From: Bispira polyomma
Lineage: Eukaryota
Assembly (NCBI GenBank): GCA_965649765.1
Contig: OZ287757.1
Location: 23,436,001 to 23,500,000 of the forward strand
Direction of reading: 5' to 3'
Length of the DNA stretch: 64,000 bases
Shown: piece after piece, positions 9,770 through 24,309 of the stretch
Position numbering within the stretch: the stretch's first letter is position 1
Layout: every line of letters starts with the position of its first letter
Program-made: the position numbers and the translations under genes
The notes under the pieces: model-generated
Databases searched by the model: none
What the model was told of the DNA's origin: nothing
Seen by the model: only the letters and a program-made list of their open reading frames with translations

Positions 9770-12700
9770 ATAGAAAAATTCAGCAACATTCATGACAGCT
9801 TTTCAACGATATATCATTGAAGACCTCCAACCCCAGGATATAAGGTTTCTAACCTGTTTCATTTCAGTACACTGTCAGACCAGGAAGTTCTGAAACTCAT
9901 AAAATCTTCTACTGTTAAATCTTGTGAATTAGATCCTACCCCAACAGTTATGCTAAATCAATGTCTTGACATTCTATTCACACCCACAACAAACATTTTA
10001 AATCTTAACACCTATCGCCAGGATAGCAGTTATAAAATCAATAATACTATCAAAATTTAATCACCTGTTTACTTCAATTCCGAGTCCTGATCAAAAATCA
10101 CTTCTACGAGTAAACAGTATCTTATATAAATTTATATGGAGCAATAAACCAGACAAGAGAAGCAGAAATAAAGTGACTAATCACTATAAATCCAGAGGTC
10201 TTAATATGGTAGCTATAGATTGTTTCATCCAGAGCCCAAAAAAAAGTTTGGATAAAGAAGTTAACAAATGACTCAGACTCGCTATGGAAAATAATCAGTC
10301 AAAATTATACCCTCGACCCAAACAGACTAGTCACGGTAGGCCATCTGTGGCCAAAAGCTCTAGCGTCTCAAACAACAAACAAATTTTGGAAAGAGACACT
10401 ATTGTCTTGGTCAAATCTTTTACAACAAACTTGGTCTAAGCAACAAAAATAATAATAACCCCTCTGTGGTACAACAGTAGAATTTCAGATACCCCACTTT
10501 TTTCAAAACATGGTACCAGAAAGGAATACAAAATATAGTCGAGATACACAATAGTGAGTTAAACCTCATGTCAAAATTTGAAATAAGCAAACATTTTCAA
10601 ATACAAGTGAGCTTTCTTGACTATATGAGAATAAAAAAATGTCTAAATATATTTTTTAAAAAGAACACTTCCGAGATAGACTGTGAGAGACCGATACTAC
10701 CAGTAGTAATTGCACTACTGAATAAAGTTAAAAAAGGTATTTGACCCTTCTATGACAAACTAAAAAGCATAAATAATATTGACAGTGAATTAAAGCACAA
10801 ATGGGAGCTTCTGTTAGAAGTCTTCTTTAGTACCAACGAATGGCAAAATATTTATTCAATATGTTTCAAAAGTATTCTTGACAATGACTTATTTGGCTGC
10901 AATACCGTATTATTAATCAAATCCTGGGTACAAAAAAGCTTCTATATAAAATCGGAAAGGCGGACAATAATTTATGCAGGCTCTGCAACAGATATGAGGA
11001 ATCTATTAGTCATCTTTTTGTTGAATGTGACACAACTTTAAAATTTTTAAGGGAGGTGAAGATTACTTTTTTTCCAAAATGCAGATTTAGAAATTAATAT
11101 CAGTAAAAATGCTATCCTTTTAGGCTATACTTCCAACGAGAAGAATGATCACTTATTAAATATCATAAATATTATTGCAAAAAAAATATTCTTCTCCTGT
11201 GCTTTTAAAGGAAGTACCCCAGTTCTAAGAGATTATCTTCAATATCTGAAACAAATCTACTTTGAACAGGAATTACTAGCTAAAATAAACCTAAGGGTTT
11301 TGCAGTTCCACAGAACTTGGGGAAAATGTTCAAGGGCTTGATAAAAACCAGCTAAAAAACTACAGACCTGTGTCAAACCTCAGCTTCGTATCAGAAGTCA
11401 TCGACAAAGCTGTAGCTCAACAAATTTCTGACCACCTTAATAGACAACACATTGAAAATCGCCACCAGTCTGCTTACAGAAAATTCCACTTTACAGAAAG
11501 TGTCGTTTTTCAATCAGCAATGATATCAATCTTGCACTGGACCACAACGACACAGTGGCCCTCACCCTTCTGGATCTCTCAGCTGCATTCAACATTATTG
11601 ATCATGTCCTGTTCTAAAACACTCTCAAGCAGTGGTTTGGTATAAATAGAAGTTTTCTTAAATGGATCAGATCCTACCTTACTCTTAGGGCACAAAGAAT
11701 TAAATTAGATGGTCACCTATCATCTTCCATAAAGCTACCATATGGAGTACCCCAGGGATCCATCTTTAGCCGTCTAATTTTTACCCTTTATACACATCCT
11801 CTCAGCACTGTCATAAATAAACATAATATAAAACACCCCATGTATGCAGATGATCCTCAAGTCTATCTCTCTCTCAATCCACAAAATGCAAATACAAACA
11901 TAGACCCACTTGCAGACTGTCTGTCTGATGTTCAGGCGTGGACTACTCCGAACTAAAACTTAACCCGGACAAAACAGAATTCATCCACATTGGAAACAAG
12001 AAAAACAGTGAACTCCTAAAACCTGTGTTTCCCATCTCCCTGCTGGGAAAAGACATACCAACTTCCGAAAATGCCAATAATCTGGGTGTCACTTTTGATT
12101 CAGCTTTTTCGTTTGACACTCATATTGCCAACATCTGTCGCTCCCGCTATTACCATATACGCAACATCAAAAGAATCAGAAACCACCTGTCCATGGACAC
12201 AGCGATAACTGTGACAAATGCCCTTGTGAGTAGCCGCCTCGACTACTGCAACTCTCTTTTGTACGGAGCAAACATGTCACACATTAAAAAGCTCCAGTCC
12301 ATCCAAAACTGACTATGTAGGGTAATTTTTGCCTAGGTTGTCACACAGACGTCACTCCTTACCTCAAAAAATTGCACTGGCCTCCCATTCATTCTCGTTT
12401 TTTGTTCAAGATTCACCTTACTACTTTTAAGGCTGTAGTCACTCAACAGCCCCCCCCCCTACCTTGCCTCCCTTCTCTCCTTCAGTAACTGCAAGAGAGG
12501 CAACAGACTCTCTGTCTCTTCAGGAAGGCGGGATCCAGAACTCCACTGCAGCTCCACTGTTATAGAACAGTCTCCCAGTCGACCTCAGATCAGTTGACAC
12601 ACTTATCGGTTGTAGAAAAAAGCTAAAAATCTATCTTTTTAACCTTGCCTACCCATCTTAGCTTCCCTCGTGCACGCTCCCACTTCCTTCCTTACGACTT

Positions 12701-12803
12701 TGCAATGTCCATGGACTTAATGATTGGACCAATGATTCTGCTGTTGTGCTTTAGAAGATGCCTAGAATCAATAACAACGCATAAAAATTCATAATAATAA
12801 TAA
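9770..12803 (+). mobile_element. L2-clade LINE family X, 5'-truncated copy 1 (interrupted by a Tx1 fragment)
   Basis: Colinear with 31098-32890. Motifs [34 protein letters not shown]; (TAA)n tail. Confidence 0.9.
10004..11330 (+). mobile_element. Tx1/L1-clade LINE ORF2 C-terminal fragment
   Basis: LTPIARIAVIKSIILSKFNH, YKFIW, RGLNM, PLWYN, WLQYRII, and LCRLC...ESISHLFVEC (zf-RVT-like). No 3'UTR or poly-A. Confidence 0.8.
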
Positions 12804-13342
12804 AATAGTGTTGCACTTGTCTTAGATCTCTCAGACTGACAAAACAGGATTACACTAATGAGTTACATTATTTAATATTGATACTTTAGGTGGGGGACAG
12901 CAGCCCAACTATCCAAGGTATCGCACACAAACATTTTCTTATACGCAAGTAATTTGCTCGAAAATATTTACAAACAGTATCAATATCAAAATCGACACGA
13001 CCTATTTTGAATCAGTATTTTATGACACCAGCTCAATATGTACAAATTTGTTTGATTTTCACATAAGCTTTGTTTGTTTTTGTAATAAAAAAGTGGCTTA
13101 GTTTTTTAACATTTAACAATTCTTCTGGCCCAAAATTTTCTGGACTGATTAATTTATTGTGAGATTTAATCTGGTTTAGAATGCCCTTAATATAATACTA
13201 TATCACTGGTTTTAAAACAATTAACTTTAAAATTATAACATACTGAATAAAACATATAACATTTCATAAGGATTAGTTTACAGCAACAGGCACAGGTGCT
13301 TAGGATGCATATTCTCACAGAACACCACAATTCAGGTTTAAT

Positions 13343-16300
13343 TTATAAATGGCTGTTCTTAGCCATTTCTTTGAGTCTTCTTCTGATAATTTTTCCACTG
13401 GGTAGCCTAGGGATTTCAGACACAAACTGGATTCCTCCCTTTAAATGTTTAAATGGAGCCGTTCTTTCTGAAAAAATACAAAAACAGTAAAATTTTACTG
13501 ACCAGCACTGATAATTGATTTAAGCAAGTAAGAGACTAATAAGCTGGTATATCCATTACATTTGGAAAACACAACGGATGTATGAATAATCATTTCTAAA
13601 TTCTAAAGTAGTTAGGACTTTTTCGTCAACCAAAAGGATAAAATATAGTATAATTAAAAACTAAACCTTTCTGCAGGTTACTGTTCTAACCTGTCACGGG
13701 GGCCACAGTGGCCTAGTGGTTAGCAAGCATTGGGCTGCAGAATCACTGGTCTGTCACCTCTGGGATCGGCTGGCGTGGGTTTGACTCCTGTCGATGCCTA
13801 TGTAGGAAAGGTGGTAGTTTCTTACTGTAGGCCGCTGGTTTCAGTGCAGAACCTTGATCCACTGTATGCAGTGTTTCCTCCAGCGTTTCAAAGTACCATC
13901 CCAATATAACCTAAACAGGTACTAGAGAGGACGTTAAATATCCCAATTCAAATTCTAACCTGTCACTTTCTTGTTATATACAGATTAGGGCCAGTGGTGG
14001 CCTGGTGGTTATAAGGGGCTTAAATCCTACTACTTTCTTTATGTGGGAACCTTTGCAGATATATTGCCATTGGTCAGTAATTTCCAGTACATGTAGTACT
14101 AGTGTTCTACACCAATACATCTGGCTGACACAATATGACCAAATATTTGTTTACCGTGATGGCATGAAATGGCTGGATGTGATACATTACAGGAAGACTA
14201 TGCACCCTTATTTTGTATAGAATAGACAGTTTATGTTGCAATTAATGTAAATGTATGTGTTTACCATACATTACTTAAATATAAGAACAGCTATGGACAA
14301 ATTTTAACATCAGAACCTTCAGAAATGTTAAAATAATAATTTCCTGTCATTTCTTGTATTGAATGAAGTGCCTAAAAATTGAACATTTCCCACAATTCAT
14401 ACATTACACGGTCAAAGTTGTCTGAAATTTGGAATGGTAAACATATAAACACCACTTTAAATACCACTCTAATAGTTTTAATACTATACTGACCAGCTGC
14501 ATAGTCATACAGTTCTGTGTCTGTTGTTTCACTTTTCTTCACCACGAATGCCCTGGGCAATTCCCCGGATCTCTCATCTGGAATCCCTACCACCCCTACA
14601 TCATGTACCTTAGGGTGCTTTAGTAACAAAGCCTCAAGTTCAGCTGGAGCAACCTGCAACATAGAACAGTGTCTACCTGTTGTCCATGAGTGACCTCAAA
14701 TAACCTTCAGGGAAACCAGAACTTTGGAGCAATATTGGTTTCATTTATGTTAAAGTTTTAATAACAATACTCCAATGACAAAAATAATTGAATTGGAGTT
14801 GATCTCTTTACCTGCAGCACATTATACTGAAAGTACCTCCTGCTTCAGGAGTAAAACCCCCAAGCAGGATCTACCTATAATGACATATCAAACCAAGCCC
14901 CTTGATTTTGGTGTGGTAAGTGTACTACATGTAACCATCCAGCATAAAACACCTGAAAATTGCCCCACATTTGCCCACATTTCAGTAACTTAATTATGCA
15001 TATAGAATCTATTCAAAAATATTTAACACCTCAATTTGCACTGTGACATTTACACACTGCAACTTTTTTTTTCAAAAATTCACATTAAATATTTCTTACT
15101 TTAAAATCAACTCTCGGGGATTTTATCAAAGTATTTCTAAACGATTGCAAATGCACAATAATTGCAAAAGTTATTACCTGTAATCCTTTGACTTTAATGA
15201 GCTCTTTTATCCTGTCGACCACAAATATATACTGGTCGTCATCATAATAACCAATATCGCCTGTTATGAAGTAGTCAATTCAATTCTTCAGTTTTACACA
15301 AACACATGCATGTAGCATAGATATACATGTATCCTTATCATTTAAAACAAGTTTGCATTATAGTTTAAAAGTCATCAGGCTATATTAAATATCACAAATT
15401 ATACAAGAGTAGCCTTACATGTGAAGCCAAGTTTTACAAAGTTAGACCGACTGGTTTACCCTGCTGCATTGATGCGTCATGCAGGTGCCGATTTATCACA
15501 AGCCCATACATTTACAAAATTCAGCCTGCCACCAGTTGACACAACTAAAGCTAAGTTACCTCAGAGTAATGAGCTTCTCTTAGCTTGCTTGACATTAAAC
15601 ACAGCTTTGAACTCAGAAATGTTTGAGACTTGTTTTACCTGTATGCAGCCATTTCTCATTATCTAATGTGTTCATTGTTTCCTCTGGCCTGTTCAAATAG
15701 CCTTTCATTATCTGTGGTCCTCTCAACCAAATCTCTCCTCTCTCATTGGTCCCTAAAACTTTTCCTGTTTTCGGATCTACAATCTTTAAAAATAAATGTT
15801 ATATCAAGTAATCATATTATATTAGTGCCTTAGTAATGTATTCTAGCTTTCCATTACATATACATTCATTATATAATAGTTGTTATGGCCTTGGTAACTT
15901 AAAGGTTAGTAACAGCTTCTTTACAATCACTTGCCTTTCAACAATGTGGGTTCAAAGCCTGTTTGTTTATTGATTTGGGAAAGTTGGTCAGGTACTTGCA
16001 ATAGATCGGTGGTTTACAGTTCTTCAGCACTTTTTTTCTTTCACCACTGAATCTGGCCGTTGTGATAAGACCACAGCTGTTGAAGGCGTCATAAAACCCA
16101 AATCAAATAAATATAACTAGTTTTTGGGCCACTATAACATATATGAATAGGACGAGTGGTGTATTACGGATATTGTGATTCCCCACATATACACAGGTGG
16201 ACTGAGATGCAGTCAGCTTCTATTGGTTTCATGTTGGTTGGTGACTGAATATGTTGTTTAAAAGTTTTTGTTTTCCATTTGATGGATGAATGTGTACTGT

Positions 16301-19300
16301 GGAAGTGTAAAAGTAAAGTGATTGAAAGAGGTTATATGGCACATGGAAAAAGGTTAAGGCATCTGTTTAGACTTCCTTATAGAACTCACTCTATGGTATA
16401 CTACCCTTAATTTGTAATGACTTGTCAACAGATCTTTAATTGTATAGACGTTTTATTAAATTTCATTATAGAATTGTAAATAATGTAAATCTTTCAATTT
16501 CTCTATGTGCTGAATTAGCATACAATGGCAATAGTTCAGCATTATGTGATAATATTAATCTAATATGCAATACGGTTGGTGATAGTAAAAATGGTTTGTT
16601 ATGGACAACAAGCAAGTTGCTTTTGACACATACTAATGAGTAATCATCTAGACAGTACACCAAAGATGGGCTTACTCAAACTGGAAATATTTGCGATGTT
16701 CTATTATAATTGAGGTGAACAGAATTAGGTGTTAGATAGCATTTGTACAGGCTATTGTAAAGTTGCAGGAATTATCTGTATAAAGTTCTTTATTTCAACG
16801 CATTGTTTCCATACCTTTGCTTCCATAGAGGCCAGTAGTTTACCACAAGAGCCTGGTCTTTTTGGATGCTGGTAACCATAAGAACAGGCCACGACCGTGG
16901 TCTCTGTCATTCCATAACCTGAATCGTGTAAAAACCAGATTAAACAGTTGTATCTTTACTCAAATGTAAAAGTGTTTGACAGAAATATGCTCGTTTTTAC
17001 TTATAAACCAATCGGTTACGCTAAGTATTGTATACTCACCCTGACCCATCTGGGCGACACTAAGTCTTCCCTGAAACTCTACTTCCATCTCCTTAGACAG
17101 GGGTGCTGCTCCACTGTTGGCCATCTCTACACTGGACAGGTCATACTGTTTTACTAATGGAGACTTGGCCAGAAATATCACAAGTGGGGGAACCAGAGGT
17201 AAAATGTTGATCTATATGATAAAAGTGAATATAGAACTCAAATGAATGATGTAAAAAAATCAACTCAAGTTGAGCCACAATTTGGCTAAGCAAAAAGTTT
17301 TTATATCAAATTTGTTATTCACTTAAAAACTGAGCTAATTTTTCGATTATCTATTGGCTTAACTTTGATTCATTCATTTAGGTGAATCAAAATTTGGATT
17401 AAAATTTGGAACTTTGTAATAAACAAATAGACATTTATAAATTATCTATGATTTTTTGTCTTCACATATGTCAATTAAAGAACAATTATGTGCTGTTTTA
17501 CTGGTTTAAAATGTTAACAAAAGAGGTTATTTTTGGTATAAAAGTATGCATAAAATATGTTAATATTGTGTACTTCTCAACAATATTTAAAATATTCTTT
17601 GGCTTACAACAACCAACCTAACGCATAATATATCATTTAAATTGAATTCATTCATCATACAGTTGCTAAATATGTACAAAAAAACTTAAAGTTGTATTTT
17701 TGTTATTACAAGTATTACAATTTTTAGTTTAGCTCAGCTGATATGAAATCCAATTTGATTTGGTAACGCCATAACTGTCTAGGTATCCTTGGATAAGATG
17801 TGAACATGACATTGACTTCTCATTACTACCAAAACAAGCGCCTCTGAGATGATGCTCATATCAATTGGACAGTAAATAAATTATTTAAGATAAAATATTA
17901 AAATCTAACAAATAGCTTTCTTACTCACTTGATATTTCTCTATTGTCCGGAGAAATGAGTGAGGCTCAAATTTGGGTAAAATAATTAAATGGCTACCACC
18001 TCCAAGACCAAAAACGTTTAATCCAACCAGCCCATATGCGTGGTAGAGAGGTAGCACAACTATCATCCTCATAGGCTTCCCAGCCTGGATTTCAGCAGTA
18101 ACCTTAGGATCAACATGGTCTGGATGTCTATGAGCAGATACAGAAAACAAAAACACTCACATTAACAATACTCTAAAATTTTCAGAATTCTATAAATAGT
18201 TTTGTGTGATGGCTAAAACAAATAAAAAATATATAAAAAAATGTTCTGTTATATATTTCAGTCTTAAAACCCACTAGCTTGCTCAAATAATCAAAATCCT
18301 CTGGAAGCACAGTTTTGAAAAAAAATCACATGCTAAATGTTGACAGAAATAACAAAATGGCAGTGTTCGATAAGAAAAAAAAACACATGTAAAAGGTTCA
18401 CATTTTTAGAAGAAAGTTTTATCATACACTATAGTGGATTGATCCTTGTATGCATTTTTTCTAGACATCTTTTGATATTTTGCCTGAACCAATGAAAGCT
18501 AAAATCTGAAAGGTTTACAATGTGGATGGAAACAGATCTGTCAATGATTGCTCCTTGTTTGCAAGAAATGCTGTATCGCATTACATACCCCCTCTGCATG
18601 CCATTAGCCAGCACATTATAGTGTGTCAGTAAAACTCCCTTTGGTAACCCTGTAGTGCCACTACTGTATGGTATGATGGCCACATCTTCCTTAACATCAT
18701 ACTCTAAGTCTTCGCATGTAGACCATTCTGAACCATCGTCTTTGACCAAGTCTTCAAAATGGACACACATAGCGTCATCTGATCTCAAGGATATCACCTT
18801 CTAAAGCATACATTGGAAACTGCAGGATGTTTATGGTATGGTAACGGTAATATAAATAATTGTTTAGATGTACACAGATATGGTATACTAGAATAGAATA
18901 CCAGTGTGGACCAAAACTACATCTAATAATGGCTCCTTATGTATTTTTTGAAGTGTTCACATGTACTCATTACAGATTGTGTGTAAGTAGCAGTCTTTTA
19001 TTAAACGGAATCCATGTTTTCTATGTTATACATAGCAGGAACTGGTATTAAAATTTGAGTGATATAAATGCGTCCAAAAGTAAGAAGGTTACAATTACAA
19101 AAAATAAACAGAAATATTTTTTTCCACCATGGCAACATTTCTAACATGGCCACATCATTTTCAGAATGAAAAAAAAATGTAGAACAACAGAAATATTTTA
19201 TATTTGATGTATTGATATGCCACACCTTACTTACCTTCAGCGTAGAAATTTCTTTAATAGCTTCTTTAGTAGTAGGCAGTAAATCATTTATTGTGTAGAT

Positions 19301-21307
19301 GTACGAAGCCCCACTGTCCTTTAGGTGATGTGCCAGTTCATCTAAAATACAAATATCCGAAATGCTGTAAGTGGTATATCCTCATGTGGCCCTATAACTA
19401 TTTTCCTTTCTTGAATATAAAATATACACCCATTTTCCCTGCCAATATGCCGAATCAGTAACATTTTCGCTTATGGCCTGGTCATATCTACGCATGCTAT
19501 CGTCCCACAACGTAGCAAAGCCATATAAACTGAAAACGTGGCAGTTTTGTGTCAAATTGCCAACATATTCATAGAGGTTTAGTCAATTGTGAAAAATGAA
19601 ACACTTTACTGGTAGGATATCACTACCTACTACTACATACAGTTACTTACTGCTACTTACTGCTGCGTTCTTCTACTTAGTGAAGCGTTCCACAATGAAT
19701 ACAGATGAGTGGAGTCAAAATCACTACTTACTGCTAATTACTGCTATTTAATGCTATGTTATGCTACTTATGTAGACAAGGGAAGACATTATTTCAAACA
19801 GTTTGAAGTAATCGTGGATGCAGATTAAACGGAACAATATAATCCGTTAAACAACGTCACGGAACAAATGCACCAGGGATCGTCACTTTGGCAATACCTT
19901 CTACTATGTTTCAAAACAGTTAAAAATGTCACACACACACGTGGCTTCATCATATATAGGTGTGACCAAGCTTTTAGGAACATAGAGGACCTGAGTTTGT
20001 TCCCATCCGAGGTTCACCAGGTATAGACCGATACACATTGACATGTATGATTGCTTAAGATACTCTGTCATTGGGTTGGCAAGCCAAAAAGGTATTTGGG
20101 AACATTGATATATGATGTCATACTTAGGTTTTTGCCTTTAGCTAGAAGAATTGTAGTCAATGGTACTGGTCAGTTAAAAAATGGGTTCCAAATATTTGTC
20201 AGAATTATGATTTTGAAGCTTACACTTTGTGTATGCTGGATTCACAGTAGTCACTATTGCTCCTGATTGTAAAAATGACCAGAACATTACTATCCACTCT
20301 GCAGTGTTGTAGCTAAACATAGACACTACATCACCCTTCTTGACCCCTAGTTTGACCAAGGAACTAGCAACTCTTTGTACTGTATCGACCAGTTCACTGT
20401 ATGTATAAGACTTCTCTGTGGCAGCATCAGTCTAAAAGGTAGTATATAATCTAGTGTATTAATTAAGAGTCTAAGTGATACGGGCAAAATCTGTCTGGAG
20501 GGCAGCATAAAGCTTAATTAGTTTAGATTTCCATGTATGGCCAGTCCTAGTGGCGGACAGGCATGATAAAAGTTGGTCATGAAAGAAATGGAAAAGCTTT
20601 TACTATTTTTGCAGTGAGCAACTAAAAAAATCCAGTACTGACCAAAATTTGTTATTGGTGCTTGCCAGATTATTGTAATTTGTATATGTTGATTGCACAA
20701 TAAAGGTTGGGAACTATAAAACTACTTAACTCAGTTCAAGTTTTGGGATATTGGCAATAGGCTTCCTGAATCCCTGTGGTTTACAGTATTATACATTTGT
20801 TCAATTATCTTGCACTGCAACTTAAAGTCTCTGCTTGATATTTTACACAAATGTTGAAAGTGGCATTTGAAACACTAACTAGACTACAAAAACTTACATC
20901 ACATAACAGGGAAAGTAAGGGTTAAGTAATGATTTATAAATCTACTGTTTGAGTAGAAATTTTGACCAGGATTGAATTTGACCTAATAATTTAATATAGT
21001 AGAGAATTAATTCCCAATTAAATCTAGCACAAAGGTATACTGATTTAAGCCTAAGACCTGGCTAAGTCCCTTTGTGAATACAGCCCCAGAAGTCACTAGC
21101 TAAGTTCATGGAAATGAGTCAAGGAGTTTAAATAACACAGGTTCCTAGTTATTACTTTACAACAGCATATAATTTGGTTTCAAACATCTTGTCTATATAC
21201 TTTACCAGGGCCATCTTGTCACTGTATTCTTGAAATCTCATAAACATGAGGCGGTGAAGTGGCACCTCGGGCACCTCTATGTCTGAATAATCACTTTTGA
21301 TGGACAT
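13343..21307 (-). CDS. Peroxisomal acyl-CoA synthetase, firefly-luciferase/4-coumarate-CoA-ligase-like (ANL superfamily), ~538 aa, 11 coding exons
   Basis: Exons, all GT-AG with consistent phases, total 1617 nt: 21307-21206, 20431-20224, 19341-19235, 18800-18589, 18127-17929, 17211-17040, 16918-16815, 15783-15639, 15260-15178, 14653-14494, 13467-13343. Motifs [64 protein letters not shown]-terminal SHL. Confidence 0.93.
13698..13952 (+). mobile_element. tRNA-derived SINE family A, copy 2 (intronic)
   Basis: Same body as copy 1. 14-bp TSD ttctaacctgtcac at 13684-13697 and 13953-13966. Confidence 0.92.
13988..14165 (+). mobile_element. Old degenerate SINE
   Basis: GGGCCAGTGGTGGCCTGGTGGTTA head, TGTGGGAA core, CTGGC..ATATGACC tail, similar to 15885-16110. 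Confidence 0.5.
15885..16112 (+). mobile_element. Old degenerate tRNA-derived SINE
   Basis: GTGGGTTCAAA B-box-like motif, GGGAAAGTTGGTCAG core, TAAAACCCAAATCAAATAAA tail. A related tail fragment is at ~9655-9720. Confidence 0.6.
16250..16760 (+). mobile_element. LINE ORF2 3'-end remnant (intronic)
   Basis: Translates to ...WKK...[22 protein letters not shown]; similar to the 22200-22735 remnant. Confidence 0.55.
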
Positions 21308-22189
21308 CTTGGTACGACAGAGCTGCTCAGACAAAAATACAAGAATAAAACAACTCAAGTGATGTTTATTGAAATATATATATGTGACAAACAGATATAC
21401 GATACAGAATGAGTATTGTGTGTTTTATTTTCTTAAGTTATATAATTTTCAGTATACACATAGCAATGATTATTTTAATTGTATTATCCACTTGTTATCC
21501 TGAAGTTATTTGTCTACTGTCATGATGTAAAACTACGAAAACCATTTTTTGACAGACAAATTAAGTCAGTTACAAATAAAACGTTATAGCCGAAATGTAA
21601 TCAAAGAAGTAAAGAATTGCTGCTGTAAATAATTAATTTCAAATTCGTATATTTAAGCACTAATAATTTTAAACGTTTATATACTATAATGTAAGGTCTA
21701 TATTTCATAGATCCTATTTTTGGGCTTGATTTTTTTTTTTTAAGATGAAGTACAAGGAGAAAATATTATGGACACTAAAATCCTTGAAAAATCTTGTAAA
21801 CATTGCATTTTCATTACCATTTTCATAGAAACTGGGTAATAACAAAAGATGAACAGTGTTAAGTTAATGAAATGGCTGTTACTTTTATTTGTTGGCTGTT
21901 CTTGTGTAGTCAAGAAAAGGCTAATCTTGCAGATAAAGGTAGATAAATTATACAATTTGAATACAGTACAATAAAACATATCCCTGGACAAGCTGGTGAT
22001 ATTAATTTATTTATTTATTAAATACAGACTGAACTCGTTCATATGATAATAGATACATGTATAACAAAATAGTGTTGTTGTTTTTGAAACGAAGAAAAAG
22101 GAGCTTTGTATAACCCGTAGTACAATAATCATGTTGAAGAAATAATATAAACACAATTGTTACTCATTGATTTATTATATTTATAATAA

Positions 22190-22735
22190 TAAAAATAATA
22201 ATAATAATGATTTATTTTCGTACTTGTAGTACATAGTCAAAACATATATGACAAACAGACAGTAAAACAGACAAACTATAACAGCACAGTAAGTATATCT
22301 AGAAAATAGGAGGTAACTTTAAAAGTACAATTTAATTCAAAATTTATCTTCACATAGATATTTTAGCATAACATTTATTTCATACCTTGTAGATCTTGTA
22401 GTGTTGTTATCCCTTAGATACAGTAAGTCATTAATATTTTCTATAATATGACATTTATTTGCCTTATACCTTTTCTATAGGTGGCAATATTGGCTATTTT
22501 TGACATACTATATATATTATTGCTTACATTAGAACTATTCCCCGGCAAAGCCAACTTGGCACAGGTAGAGATGACATAGTTAGTACTAGAAATACAACTC
22601 TGAAAAAACTTTAAAAATCTCTTATACATCTGTATGTACAACTCTTGGTCATCACATATAGAACTAAGGTACCTGTTGTGGGTGTGTGGAGGTAATCTCC
22701 ATATTAGCCTGACAGACTTCCTGACATGTAAGCAC
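22190..22735 (-). mobile_element. LINE ORF2 3'-end remnant
   Basis: RKSVRLIWRLPPHTHNRYL...YKRFLKFF; (ATT)n tail near 22190-22210. Confidence 0.6.
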
Positions 22736-23413
22736 TTAATCATTGCCACCAAATTATTGAACACATTGATATAAATTCACCCAGCCCTACTTGGGCCTAT
22801 ATATGTGACTTTAAACACTAGTGTATATATATATATATATACCTAATGTCTGTTGCAAGTTTTCAGCCAAACTGATATATTACACTAACTTAAGACAATG
22901 AAACCTAGATACACAAATCGTCGTCCACAAATCACAATAATTCTTATGGACCTACAGTATAACTTTGGAATGACTGTAAATTTGAGCAAATATGTCCTTA
23001 TTGTGTTTTTTTTTTAAGTCTTAATTTTCCGCCAATTAAATGAATGGGATGCTTTGGATTATTGTTCTCCAATGTGACAGATCAAGGACAATATCCAGGC
23101 CAGTAAAATCTACACGCCTTACGGTACCTACTAGTGCACATACTGGTAGGGGGCAAAAACTAGGACTACATTTGTGTGTAGAGATTATTAGTTAAATTTA
23201 CAACCCATAAAGTTTACAGTAAACACAAATTATCTTACTATCCAGCTAAAGCTACATTGATTGAATAGCTTATGTAAAATGATATTTTGCCAACAAATAT
23301 AGTATGTTACGTTCATTATTCAAATAGGTACAAAATTTTATAATGCATGATTTGACTGAATAGAATATGAACTTAAGTTCTGGTTGATTGTATCAGTAAA
23401 ATATAAACCTCAC

Positions 23414-23520
23414 CTGTGTTATTGGCACTGCAATCAACAACCTACGTTAATCTAGACTGATTGTTTTTTTCTGTTTTCACATACGACACACACCCACCAA
23501 AAATCCTTGATTCTCCAGAT
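23414..23520 (-). other. Candidate 5'-UTR exon of the ACS gene
   Basis: Strong donor CAG|GTGAGG at 23414/23413, and an acceptor lies ~15-20 nt upstream of the ATG at 21307. The 5' boundary is a guess. Confidence 0.4.
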
Positions 23521-24309
23521 TTAATCTGTGTTGTGTGTTATCCAAATATATAATTAATGTGTAAGTAAATAAGTCAAGTTAAAACATGGACATTGCACCC
23601 TGTGTGTAAATCGATACCTCAAACCACTTGCTACAAAAACTGTGCACAAACTCAAAGGCTCACAGTTACGTATATACAGTAAACGTTAAAATATTGGATT
23701 TCTTTATATGAAAACAATAGAAACATTAGATTTGATAACTTTTATATAAAAAAAAAACTCTGGTGATCTGCAAATCGGCTTTAAAAGTAAGCATTCACCG
23801 CTCACTGTACTATATCTATCGCTCCATAAGATCAAGTAATTTGGATTGTGAAGACATTTTAACAAGCAAGGTTTATCATATATAACAACTTTATTTTAAA
23901 ACACTGATTTGGGTAAAACACGGATATGTTAAAAACATTTAGCACTACCATTACCATGTTAATTGTTAGCAATATTGAACAAAGTTGTTTACTATTAAAA
24001 AAATTAAAATTGTACTTGTAGTGTTTTTATAATGTTATAAGATTGTAGTAAAGCATTTGACAGGTATGCATATCACCTTTAACCTATTAGTCTGTTATCT
24101 TTGTTTTAGGGTGTCCTGACCTTAGGGTAAGTTTGACTTTGTGTATAACTGTATTGTATCCTTAGGGTCTCCCTTAATTAGGTTAAGTTCCACTTGTTAC
24201 ATATTTTCTCACTATTCAAAGAGACAGTCCTCACATTGTGCTCTTGTGCCCTATTTCTCATTCTCTGAGCCTGTCTATATAAACCTCTCCTTATTTGCCT
24301 TTAAGTTAC

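Noticed and set aside
14372-21358. Calling the ACS a bona fide luciferase or a set of separate small genes
   Set aside because: The ORF-track pieces are exons of one gene, and the motifs are shared by non-luminescent ACS/4CL-like enzymes.
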